Source: a bacterium (GTDB taxonomy: Bacteria; UBP15; UBA6099; JAJRTR01). From it: a stretch of 54,223 nt of DNA. Each line of letters opens with the position of its first letter. Position 1 is the first letter of the stretch. Below the pieces are notes generated by a model. It was not told where the DNA came from, ran no database searches, and saw only the letters and a program-made list of their open reading frames with translations. The stretch is taken from the NCBI GenBank assembly GCA_024278215.1, contig JAJRTR010000026.1, forward strand, positions 1-54,223, read 5' to 3'. The position numbers and the translations under genes were made by a program. Shown here one piece after another: positions 11,545-20,305 of the stretch.

Positions 11545-12498
11545 ATGAAAAAGCGCAATCCATTTGTAAATTTTCTCATCAATAACGGTATATACATTGT
11601 TCTTGTCGTGATGTTTGTCTACTTCGCCGTGACCGCGGAAGGATTCTTTACATTTCAGAACCTTGCGAACATCCCACAGCAGATCGCATTTGTCACGCTC
11701 ATCGCAATAGGGATGACATATATCATCATCACGGGCGGCATCGACCTTTCCGTCGGTTCGATCGTCGCGCTCGCGGCTGTTGTTTTTGCGATATGTGTGC
11801 AAAACGACAATATCGCCATTCCGCTCGCCGTCCTGATCTCTCTGTTCGCCGGATCATTAAGCGGGGTTACAAGCGGGTTCTTTGTCGTGAAATTCGATGT
11901 GCCGCCTTTTATCGCCACATTTGTAATGATGACTATCGCAAGAGGTGCCGCCCGCAGCATTTCAGGCAATACAAAAATATTCATCGAGACAGCGGACCTC
12001 ACGCCATACACAAACTTCATCACCAGCGCTAAAGTCGGCGGCGTACCCGCACTGGTTATACTTACCCTTATCGTCCTCGTGATTTTCGGACTGATGCTCA
12101 TTCGCACGCGCTTCGGACGCTACGTGATCGCAATCGGCGGCAACGAGGAGGCCACGCGCCTTTCCGGCATAAACGTCGCACAGGTGAAAATGCTCGTCTA
12201 CATAATCACAGCCGCGCTCGCGTCCGCAGTCGGCATAATGATGGCCTGCAAGTTCCAGAACGGCAACCCCGAGTTCGGCAACATGTGGGAACTCGACGCG
12301 ATTGCCGCCTGCGTCGTCGGCGGCACAAGTCTCATGGGCGGCAAAGGCAACATCTTCAAAACCTTCCTCGGCGCCTTGCTTATCGGCATCCTCGACAACG
12401 GGCTACTCGCCAAAGGTCTCAGTTCCGAAATGATATATATCATAAAAGGCGTGCTCATCCTCGGCGCGGTTCTCATCGACCGGATAAAATCGGATTGA
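11545..12498 (+). CDS. Sugar ABC transporter permease (RbsC-like)
   Basis: GMTYIIITGGIDLSVGS, PPFIAT, FGRYVIAIGGNEEATRLSGINV, ELDAIAACVVGGTSLMGGKG. Confidence 0.93.
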   Translation: MKKRNPFVNFLINNGIYIVLVVMFVYFAVTAEGFFTFQNLANIPQQIAFVTLIAIGMTYIIITGGIDLSVGSIVALAAVVFAICVQNDNIAIPLAVLISLFAGSLSGVTSGFFVVKFDVPPFIATFVMMTIARGAARSISGNTKIFIETADLTPYTNFITSAKVGGVPALVILTLIVLVIFGLMLIRTRFGRYVIAIGGNEEATRLSGINVAQVKMLVYIITAALASAVGIMMACKFQNGNPEFGNMWELDAIAACVVGGTSLMGGKGNIFKTFLGALLIGILDNGLLAKGLSSEMIYIIKGVLILGAVLIDRIKSD

Positions 12499-12929
12499 TT
12501 ACTGTGACTTATTACACGCCAAAGTATTAATATTAACTGAACTGCGGTTTTTATAAGCAATGCCATGTCAACAAAGAAAAGATGTATGATGAGGTAGCGT
12601 AAAAGCTATAAAAGTGTAGTGCTGGGTCACCGCCCTTCCAGCGCCATTACAGGCCTGACGTGACAGTAGTAGAATTTATGGAGATACGATCCGGAATTTA
12701 AGGTCAAATTTCAGGCATGTCCCCAAAAGTTTCACAATATATAGAAAAACGCACAAGTTTGGGTATTAGTAGTATTAGATGCAGTTTGGGATTCAGTAAA
12801 ATATATAAATTATGTGTTAAATGACGAAAAAACGGGTATCATAAGAATGTAAGAAGAGAAATGATGTAAAATTTATAAAAAAGGGGTGAATGGGACGATA
12901 ATCAACAGAATTTTTTTTTAAAACTACAC

Positions 12930-12959
12930 TTGCATTTCAGGAATAGGCTGATATATAAT
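12930..12959 (+). promoter_or_regulatory. Putative sigma70 promoter of the pilin cluster
   Basis: TTGCAT-N18-TATAAT in AT-rich DNA upstream of the major pilin; consensus match only. Confidence 0.4.
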
Positions 12960-13102
12960 TAAATTAAGTATAAACCTACCTGGATAAAGTCTGTAGGATG
13001 CAATAATCATTTATCATAATTTATAGAATAATATTAGAAGTAGTAAAGACTGATTATCCAGGTAAGTACAGGTTCATAGATATGAAAGATAGGAGGTGAT
13101 AT

Positions 13103-13663
13103 TTGAAAAGCGAAAAATCCATGAATGAAAGAACGGACAGGCAAAGTGGTTTTACACTGATTGAACTCATGATCGTAATAGCCATTATCGGCATATTGGC
13201 CGCTGTTGCTATTCCCAACTTTCTGAAAGCACGAGACAAAGCACAGTACTCAAGATGTGTTGAAACACTTGGCGGTGTCAAGGTGGCTCTGGAGATGTAC
13301 ATGACCGACTATGGGTTCTACCCGCCGGTCGGTGGTGCATGTTCGGGTGCAGGAACATGGGGAGACGATCTTTGTCCCTACATGATCGCAAACTGCGACG
13401 ATCCCACAGGCGCTGATGCTGGTAAGGTATGTACGAGGCTCGCAGGCAACCCTATCAATACGGGTAACTGCAATACGCCGACATACAGCCCGACCGGTGC
13501 CGCGCCGGTTTACGACTACTCGCTGACGGCAACATCTAATGATAAGTGTAAGATACATATCAGGATGTGTCCAGCCGGATACGAATGGACCAACTACCAG
13601 GTTGCGGTTAATGCTGGTTGTAATCCAGGAGTTGACCCACCTGCGAATCAACCTTGCCCGTAA
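13103..13663 (+). CDS. Type IV pilin, probable major pilin (Cys-rich)
   Basis: G|FTLIELMIVIAIIGILAAVAIPNF class III signal with E5; RBS AGGAGG before TTG; followed by a terminator-like hairpin; 10 Cys. Confidence 0.9.
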   Translation: MKSEKSMNERTDRQSGFTLIELMIVIAIIGILAAVAIPNFLKARDKAQYSRCVETLGGVKVALEMYMTDYGFYPPVGGACSGAGTWGDDLCPYMIANCDDPTGADAGKVCTRLAGNPINTGNCNTPTYSPTGAAPVYDYSLTATSNDKCKIHIRMCPAGYEWTNYQVAVNAGCNPGVDPPANQPCP

Positions 13664-13718
13664 GTGGTGTTCGGTTCATGAGTTGAGTGTTTGAAAACTT
13701 ATATAAGCGGAAAATAAA

Positions 13719-13747
13719 GGCAGGGGGATGTTTCCCCTGCCGTCTTT
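13719..13747 (+). terminator. Intrinsic terminator-like hairpin after the major pilin
   Basis: GGCAGGGG...CCCCTGCC stem followed by a weak GTCTTT tail. Confidence 0.55.
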
Positions 13748-13785
13748 CGCCTGTATATTTCGAGGCTTTGAGCTGAAGGAGCTTC

Positions 13786-14304
13786 GTGTTCATGGACGTG
13801 CGAAGATTATCATATCGAATTTCACCCGGCTTCCGGTGTGCGTTGTGGCATGCTGGAGTTTTTACGTTCTCCTCAAAGATCATAACATCTGAAAACAACA
13901 ATAAAAAAGGTTTTACTCTTATCGAGTTGATGATAGTTGTCGCGATAATCGCCATTTTGTCAACTATCGGTTCGATGGCTTATATTATCAGCCGCGATAA
14001 AGCGAGAGCTTCCGCCTGCATGATGACAATGGATACGATAAAAGCGGGACTTGAGCAGTATGTAGGCGATTATACATTCTACCCCGACTCGTCTGCGATC
14101 ACATCATTTGCAGATGCGAAGGCTGTGCTCAAGGGCAGTGTGGAATTCAGCACCAACACAACATGCGAGGACCCTCTTATTTATGTCTCCGGCAAGACGA
14201 ATTATAAAATGGAGACGCGGGTTCATTTCACAGGAGCGCCCGGGCTAGGGGTAAAAATTATACTTGAAAATGGCGAAATGCACCAGGAAGATTTGAAGAT
14301 TTGA
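13786..14304 (+). CDS. Type IV pilin-like protein (minor pilin)
   Basis: KKG|FTLIELMIVVAIIAIL. Start uncertain (GTG 13786, ATG 13792 or TTG 13843), giving a leader of up to 42 aa. Confidence 0.85.
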   Translation: MFMDVRRLSYRISPGFRCALWHAGVFTFSSKIITSENNNKKGFTLIELMIVVAIIAILSTIGSMAYIISRDKARASACMMTMDTIKAGLEQYVGDYTFYPDSSAITSFADAKAVLKGSVEFSTNTTCEDPLIYVSGKTNYKMETRVHFTGAPGLGVKIILENGEMHQEDLKI

Positions 14305-14360
14305 TGTAAAAAAATGCTGCCGAAGCAGGAAACGACAATAAGTGTAATTATAAAGGAGCA

Positions 14361-15200
14361 GTGAAAGATGAACACAGATGTATTGTCGAAAACAAGGAGG
14401 AATTAACAATACAATTGGATATTTTACCAGACGGTTTCTTTGGAATAATCGGATTGTTCATCGGCAGTTTTTTAAATGTCTGCATTTACCGAATTCCGAG
14501 AAAGGAATCGCTGGTGTGGCCCGGTTCACACTGCCCCGGATGCGGGCGGCCACTAAAAGTCATTGATCTGGTGCCGGTTCTGAGTTACCTGTTCCTGCGG
14601 GGGAAATGCCGCACATGCGGAGCAAGGATTTCCCCGAGGTATCCGATAGTCGAACTGATCACCGGAGCGGCTTTTTTCTGGTCGGCTCAAAGTGCCGGTG
14701 GTGATGTAGCAGTGTTTGCCGGTAATATCCTGCTGCTGTCGGGATTGATTGTGATAACTTTTATTGATCTCGACCACTGGATAATCCCCGACAAGGTGGT
14801 TTTTCCACTTGCCGCGGCGGGTTTTATAATCTCCTGGATAAGGGGGATGCCGGCAGAGGCGGCAATGGGGGCGGCACTGGGATTCTTCGGATTCTATGCC
14901 ATAGCGATAATCGGCACGGTGCTGATGAAGAAAGAAGCGATGGGTGGCGGAGACATTAAACTGGCCGGGATGCTGGGATGTTTCATGGGCTGGAAGTTGC
15001 TGCTGACGGCATTGTTTCTTTCCTTTCTGATCGGTTCGATAGTATCGTTGCCGATGCTGCTGAGGAGGAAACGGGGAGCGAGAGACCCGATTCCGTTCGG
15101 GCCGATGATGGCAGCCGGGGCCGCGCTGGCGTTGATAAAGGGGGGGGAGATTCTCTCCTGGTACGGAGATTTCATCGCGGGAGCAATTCTTCCAAAATGA
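14361..15200 (+). CDS. pilD: Prepilin peptidase / N-methyltransferase
   Basis: GSFLNVCIYRIP, SHCPGC...GKCRTC zinc motifs, FIDLDHWIIPD, MGGGDIKL, IPFGP. Start uncertain. Confidence 0.95.
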   Translation: MKDEHRCIVENKEELTIQLDILPDGFFGIIGLFIGSFLNVCIYRIPRKESLVWPGSHCPGCGRPLKVIDLVPVLSYLFLRGKCRTCGARISPRYPIVELITGAAFFWSAQSAGGDVAVFAGNILLLSGLIVITFIDLDHWIIPDKVVFPLAAAGFIISWIRGMPAEAAMGAALGFFGFYAIAIIGTVLMKKEAMGGGDIKLAGMLGCFMGWKLLLTALFLSFLIGSIVSLPMLLRRKRGARDPIPFGPMMAAGAALALIKGGEILSWYGDFIAGAILPK

Positions 15201-15228
15201 GACAGAAAGTCTCGAATGGAGTAATAAG

Positions 15229-15867
15229 ATGAGAGACATCATGAAAATGACAAAGAGGATTTATGAAAAGAATGAATCGGGAATGACTCTTATAGAAATT
15301 CTGATAGCTATGACTATCCTGATAGTGACCTTGCTGGTTGTTGTCATAGCATTGTCGTCCGGAATGGAACAGTTGAACGAGCAGAGGATCAAGAGGACGG
15401 CTGCGGAATGTGTGCGGGTGGTCATGGAATATATGTCTACGATGCCGCCGGATACAGTATACGGATATGCGGGCGGCAGTCCGAACCCATCAGTAATAAC
15501 AGGCAACTTCGCAGCGGGTGGATTCCTGCAACTCAACGCTTTCGTTAATTCGATAAATCCCGCATGCAGAGACCTCTCGGATATATCAAAGCCGCTGGGT
15601 TCGAAAGTACAGCTCAGATACTCGATATGCCCCGGTTGCATTTCCTATACCGATATTGATCCTGAAAGTTTGATACCGTGGACGACGTGTATGTACAACA
15701 TGGAAGTAATGGTGTCGTGGAACGCGGTAAATTTCGGTGGCAGCAAATTAATCAAGTATAAAAAGAAATTTTTCGGACGATCGAGGGGAAGTTGTGATCC
15801 GGCTGTAAATCCCGACGGCTGCGGATTGGGTTCTATTCCCTATACAGAATACGCATGTACCTATTAA
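15229..15867 (+). CDS. Minor pilin, PilV-like
   Basis: G|MTLIEILIAMTILIV; first gene of a V-W-X-like triplet. Confidence 0.8.
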   Translation: MRDIMKMTKRIYEKNESGMTLIEILIAMTILIVTLLVVVIALSSGMEQLNEQRIKRTAAECVRVVMEYMSTMPPDTVYGYAGGSPNPSVITGNFAAGGFLQLNAFVNSINPACRDLSDISKPLGSKVQLRYSICPGCISYTDIDPESLIPWTTCMYNMEVMVSWNAVNFGGSKLIKYKKKFFGRSRGSCDPAVNPDGCGLGSIPYTEYACTY

Positions 15868-15878
15868 TGGGAGACACA

Positions 15879-16739
15879 ATGTATAAAATGAGACGAAAAA
15901 TTACAGATCAGAATGGCTTTACGCTCACGGAGTTGATGGTAGTACTTGCCATTATGACGGTTATCACACTGGTGGTGGCAAAAATCATTGTTGCATCAAT
16001 AAATGTGATGATGATGGGGACACGCCAGAATATCGCGCAGAGCAGTGTCGAGTACGTCATCAACAAAATAGCGGAAGATATCAGGCAGGCCGGTAGCGAC
16101 GACTTAAGGCATATTCTTACCGGCTCGAACGGTAGCAGTATAATTTTTGTCAGGTACCAGCAGAACCTCGATGCATACTCGGACAGCGGCGACCGCAATT
16201 TCGATCACGCCTGTTACTCCTCGGTGCTGCCTTCTGGTACCGATGCTTATGACACGAATTACAGGCCCGGCTACATCAGGGGAGGGACCGGTTCCGGTGA
16301 TCCCAGTAACCCTGGCTGCAAAGTTTATCCGCTGACCGATACTTTTTCGGATGTCAGGAGCTTCAGGATAGAATTCTGCCGGCCCGGCGAGGACAGCCCT
16401 GGTGATTACGATTGCACGACCAACAAAATCGACAATGCCGGTCTCGGAGTGCAGCCACCCAATCTGCCCGACCTGACCGACACGGCAGCCTGTGTGTGGA
16501 TGGTGAAAATTTCAGCTACCTACTCCCGCAGATATGTCGCGAAAAGCGAAGACATAGACCCATCATATTACAACAACACAGTATACAGGTATCAGACGGC
16601 CGTTGTGCTTCGGAATCCATATACGATGTCTCTTTTTCAGGATCAGGATAAGGATGGATATGTTGATTGCTGTGATAAAGACTTCAGGACGGATATAGGG
16701 AACGATATCGATTGGTGTCCACCCCCGAACAGTATGTAA
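15879..16739 (+). CDS. Minor pilin, PilW-like
   Basis: G|FTLTELMVVLAIM; IAEDIRQAG and VVLRN are typical of PilW/PulJ; ATG 15879 has GGAGA upstream. Confidence 0.85.
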   Translation: MYKMRRKITDQNGFTLTELMVVLAIMTVITLVVAKIIVASINVMMMGTRQNIAQSSVEYVINKIAEDIRQAGSDDLRHILTGSNGSSIIFVRYQQNLDAYSDSGDRNFDHACYSSVLPSGTDAYDTNYRPGYIRGGTGSGDPSNPGCKVYPLTDTFSDVRSFRIEFCRPGEDSPGDYDCTTNKIDNAGLGVQPPNLPDLTDTAACVWMVKISATYSRRYVAKSEDIDPSYYNNTVYRYQTAVVLRNPYTMSLFQDQDKDGYVDCCDKDFRTDIGNDIDWCPPPNSM

Positions 16740-16785
16740 GGCAGGCGGGGCCAGGATAAAACGATTATTATAAAGGGGATCAGTC

Positions 16786-19700
16786 ATGTTTAATAAAGGA
16801 ACGGAAAGTTCTATAAAACTCAGGGAAAGGGGATCGGCGCTTCTGCTTACTATGGTGGCCGTGTGTATTCTGGCTGTCATCGGCGGCTCATTCGCTCTGA
16901 TGCTCCAGAGCGAAGCTCGCAGTGTCAAATCGAATATACTTGCCCAGCAGGCCCTGTATGTTGCAGAATCCGGAATTCAGGATGTCCTCTTCCAGAGGTC
17001 GAAAAGACCTGCGGACATGTGTTTCCCGTTCTTTTTCTACGATGAGAACCTGACAGAAACAGAGAGGCTCGATGAAATAAAAAATATCACACAGGCGCGA
17101 AGCGGCGGCATCGACAGTGCGCCTACAGGAACATGCGACCCCACAGTGGACTCGATTCCCGAGGATGTCTCCACGCAGGAACTGCCATGCTGGCCCTATA
17201 ACGAAGAACTTTACGCGAATTACATTCATTTTGCCGAAGACGGAATGCCTAACGATGGTTTTACCTGCCATGACGGCTCCAATCAGGATGTCTGCCCCAA
17301 CTATGATCCGCTGTTGTGGTGGCCGGCCAAGGAATCCGACGGCACGATCGGCTGGAAGGACATGGACGATTCCCTGCCTGTTCCGCTTCCTGACATGGCG
17401 ACAAGTTCGGGACAACGCTACACTACCGGTTTCTTCACTCTTTGCAACGACAGTTTCGAAGGTATCGCGCCAACAGACCCGGGCTGGGATATGGCGTGTC
17501 TCGCCGCCAAAGGAGGCGGAAGATGCAACCAGAATGTCATAAGGCTCAGTATCGTTTCCGTGGGTGAAGTGCAGATGGGCAAAAAAGTTGTGCGGCGGGC
17601 CGTCAAAGTCGACCTCGCACCGCCGTCCCTCTACTCCGGTGTTATTGACAAGTATGTCGATATGACACTGATGTACCAGACAAATATAAACGGTCCACTG
17701 CACATAAACGGCTGGTGGAATGCAAATAAAAATAAATATTCCGCGTTCCTGCTTTCTCTGAGTCTATCCGTGGCACCTATCGCAATGTGGCTCGATCCGC
17801 CGGAAATGGTGAGCGTCAGCTATCCTGAAGACCCGGACAACCCGGACTGGCAGCCCAGCAGTCTCATAGGTGGGTTCACTTTCTCCCATGATATCGTCTA
17901 CGTGCACCTTCCCGTCAGAATCGAGATACCACAGGTAAACTGGGCCAAGTGGGAAGACCGGATGAAGGCCCTCTACGACAAGGCAAGGGCGGAATACAGT
18001 GATACCACGGTCTACGCCCTGCACAGATGCAAATATAAAGCCGCCGTTAGAGATACATCCGGCGACTGCGGCGACTCCGGCGCACAATACTTCTACGATT
18101 CGGGCGGCAACAAGTCCGACGACAAGATGGATGCGAACATGCCCAAATTCATGTCGTCTATGAGCCCCAGTCCATCACCTTACAACACGGGCGAAGGCAG
18201 GATTCACAACCTCGAACGCTACAAGAGCGATGCACAGGTGTGGAGTGCATCCGGCAAGTATATTTTCGACCTGTTTGATCACTGGAACCCGGGCTCGCCG
18301 TCTTATGTGGAAGGCACGGAGAGTTCGCACGTGAACAACAATCAGGACCCGGGGCCGATGGATAAGTCGCTGCTTTACAAGCGCAAATTCATCCTCGATC
18401 CGAACTTCAATCTCGGCTGCCTTACATGTGTAATATCCAACGGCATCAGCCTCGACGCATTCATGTTCTGCTGTGTGGGTAAAAAACTCAACCGCAACGA
18501 GTTCTGGTTCATGGGCAAACACGAATTCCGCGACTTCGTATTCGTAGATGGTGTGATAGGAATCGGCTACAGGACACCGTACCATACATGCGGCGGCGGC
18601 GACGGCAAGCTGGGTGTATATTGTATTGTAATACCGGAAATAACCCTGTTCTGGCCACTGGACTTTATTTCCATACCATCATGGAAATTCGGGCTGCCGC
18701 ACTGGCACATGGGCGCGGCGACCGTAAAGGGCGAAATGCTGATAAACGGGCGCCTGTATATGGCCGACTGGATACACATCGACGGCGGCACAATATACAC
18801 AGACGGCCATATTATCAAAGATGAAACCAGCGGCTACGACGTAACAATACATCTCGACGTGCTGTTATGCTGGATCATGACAGGCTTTATGGGAGACAAG
18901 ATCACAATAGACCTCGGCATATTTGGAACATTCAATATTTGTGACATAATTATGGGAATACTGAACCCGATCATATCGGCGCTTGTGCCATGGTGGCCGA
19001 CCATGGACCTTACAAATAATTCCCTTATAGACTTCGAGTCATATCTCGATATTGACGGCATCGGGCCCGACAACAGCGTGGTGAATCCAGGAACTCTATA
19101 TACCCGTGGCGACTTCAGATTGCAGGAACCGGGGTGGGATGCGATAGCTTTCCTTGGAAACGCGCTGCTCGGGTACTTCCTGCCATTCCTGGAGCTGACC
19201 CCGTCTATGGACCCGATACGAATATATAACGGGGGCGCTATCGTCGCCGGGGGCTGGAAAAACGGCAGCGGAAATCCTGCATACAAAGATGGTAATATCT
19301 GGCTTGCAAATCACAAAAGGGCGGATATTCTGACTTATGACCCCGAGAATAAAAAGCGAAGCGTGGGCTATGTGCTCGCAAGAGGCGGTTTGAAGGTATA
19401 CGGCGACATCGTCAGCCAGTACGGCTGGGCCGGCCTGCTCGACAGTTGTTCCACATGGGCCGGTAACGGCCTTGATGAAGACTGCGCGGCAGCAGGCATC
19501 TTCTACTCGGGCGGTATCGCCGCAGGGACAAACTCCCGGAACATGTACTCCCGCAGGGGCATGGACCTTGGAGTGCCGTTCGGCCAGTACGACTATGAAA
19601 TGAGCCAGACATGTCTGCCCGAGGACGACGGATTCTGGGAAGACCCGCTTGGTCAGGGACAGTGCTGGCTTGTAGATGGCTTGTTAGGAGACATACTTGG

Positions 19701-19905
19701 CGGCAACGCTGCCGAACATAATATCAGGGGTCATGTCTTCGCCGGTTCCGTAGGCGCTATGCCGGGACTGCACTTCAGGCTCGACCAGGATTCCACGGTC
19801 AGGAACGACGCCGTAAGAAGGCAATACTTCAAACAACTCGGTGGCGTTCCCATCAACTGGCAGGAACTCGAGGCGCCAAATAATCTGCCATCTCTCGTTA
19901 ACTGA
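16786..19905 (+). CDS. Giant PilX/ComZ-like minor (tip) pilin, 1039 aa
   Basis: RG|SALLLTMVAV leader lacking E5; QALYVAESGI (PilX N-terminal motif); IVSVG...RRAVKV; C-terminal NWQE; repeated G-hydrophobic rungs. Confidence 0.8.
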   Translation: MFNKGTESSIKLRERGSALLLTMVAVCILAVIGGSFALMLQSEARSVKSNILAQQALYVAESGIQDVLFQRSKRPADMCFPFFFYDENLTETERLDEIKNITQARSGGIDSAPTGTCDPTVDSIPEDVSTQELPCWPYNEELYANYIHFAEDGMPNDGFTCHDGSNQDVCPNYDPLLWWPAKESDGTIGWKDMDDSLPVPLPDMATSSGQRYTTGFFTLCNDSFEGIAPTDPGWDMACLAAKGGGRCNQNVIRLSIVSVGEVQMGKKVVRRAVKVDLAPPSLYSGVIDKYVDMTLMYQTNINGPLHINGWWNANKNKYSAFLLSLSLSVAPIAMWLDPPEMVSVSYPEDPDNPDWQPSSLIGGFTFSHDIVYVHLPVRIEIPQVNWAKWEDRMKALYDKARAEYSDTTVYALHRCKYKAAVRDTSGDCGDSGAQYFYDSGGNKSDDKMDANMPKFMSSMSPSPSPYNTGEGRIHNLERYKSDAQVWSASGKYIFDLFDHWNPGSPSYVEGTESSHVNNNQDPGPMDKSLLYKRKFILDPNFNLGCLTCVISNGISLDAFMFCCVGKKLNRNEFWFMGKHEFRDFVFVDGVIGIGYRTPYHTCGGGDGKLGVYCIVIPEITLFWPLDFISIPSWKFGLPHWHMGAATVKGEMLINGRLYMADWIHIDGGTIYTDGHIIKDETSGYDVTIHLDVLLCWIMTGFMGDKITIDLGIFGTFNICDIIMGILNPIISALVPWWPTMDLTNNSLIDFESYLDIDGIGPDNSVVNPGTLYTRGDFRLQEPGWDAIAFLGNALLGYFLPFLELTPSMDPIRIYNGGAIVAGGWKNGSGNPAYKDGNIWLANHKRADILTYDPENKKRSVGYVLARGGLKVYGDIVSQYGWAGLLDSCSTWAGNGLDEDCAAAGIFYSGGIAAGTNSRNMYSRRGMDLGVPFGQYDYEMSQTCLPEDDGFWEDPLGQGQCWLVDGLLGDILGGNAAEHNIRGHVFAGSVGAMPGLHFRLDQDSTVRNDAVRRQYFKQLGGVPINWQELEAPNNLPSLVN

Positions 19906-19928
19906 CTTGGTCTTATATGATCTTCCGG

Positions 19929-19957
19929 AGCGCCCGTGTTGTCTGCGGGCGCTTTTT
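19929..19957 (+). terminator. Intrinsic terminator closing the pilin cluster
   Basis: AGCGCCCG-N9-CGGGCGCT followed by a T-tract. Confidence 0.75.
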
Positions 19958-20062
19958 GGTCAGGTTGCATTCCCCGCGCCGGGACCCGGACAAGGACCAC
20001 GGGATTCGGGAGTTCGGCGAAGATCAAAGACTTTCCTTACTCGTTTATCGTATCTTATTCCT

Positions 20063-20122
20063 GTTCTCCGGGTCCACCCTGGAACGTCGAAACTGAAAGC
20101 GCCGGCTTTCACCATAAAGTTT
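20063..20122 (-). repeat. ~60-bp double-hairpin REP-like repeat, copy 1
   Basis: Reverse complement AAACTTTATGGTGAAAGCCGGCGCTTTCAGTT...GTTCCAGGGTGGACCCGGAGAAC aligns with 38943-39004. Confidence 0.65.
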
Positions 20123-20135
20123 AGCGACAACATTG

Positions 20136-20178
20136 TGTTGCTCCGGTCTCGCTGCGAACATACTTTTGAAGGAGGCTC
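20136..20178 (-). repeat. Degenerate end fragment related to the 177-bp MITE family
   Basis: Reverse complement GAGCCtccttCAAAAgTATGTTCGcAGCGAG versus MITE end GAGCCaattgCAAAAtTATGTTCGtAGCGAG. Confidence 0.5.
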
Positions 20179-20305
20179 ATTCTGTGAACGGCTACAGAAA
20201 TTATTTTTTCCGGATAGTTGCGAGGGACTGAAGCCACTTGACTACATTTCGCATAAGTGGAATTATTATATAATCAGAGTTATAGCAAAAGGCGGGTGAC
20301 AGGCG

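Noticed and set aside
12880-12905. c-di-GMP-I riboswitch (GAATGGGACG fragment) upstream of pilins
   Set aside because: No GCAAA/GAAA P2 stem or GCAAAG continuation; only a short word match.
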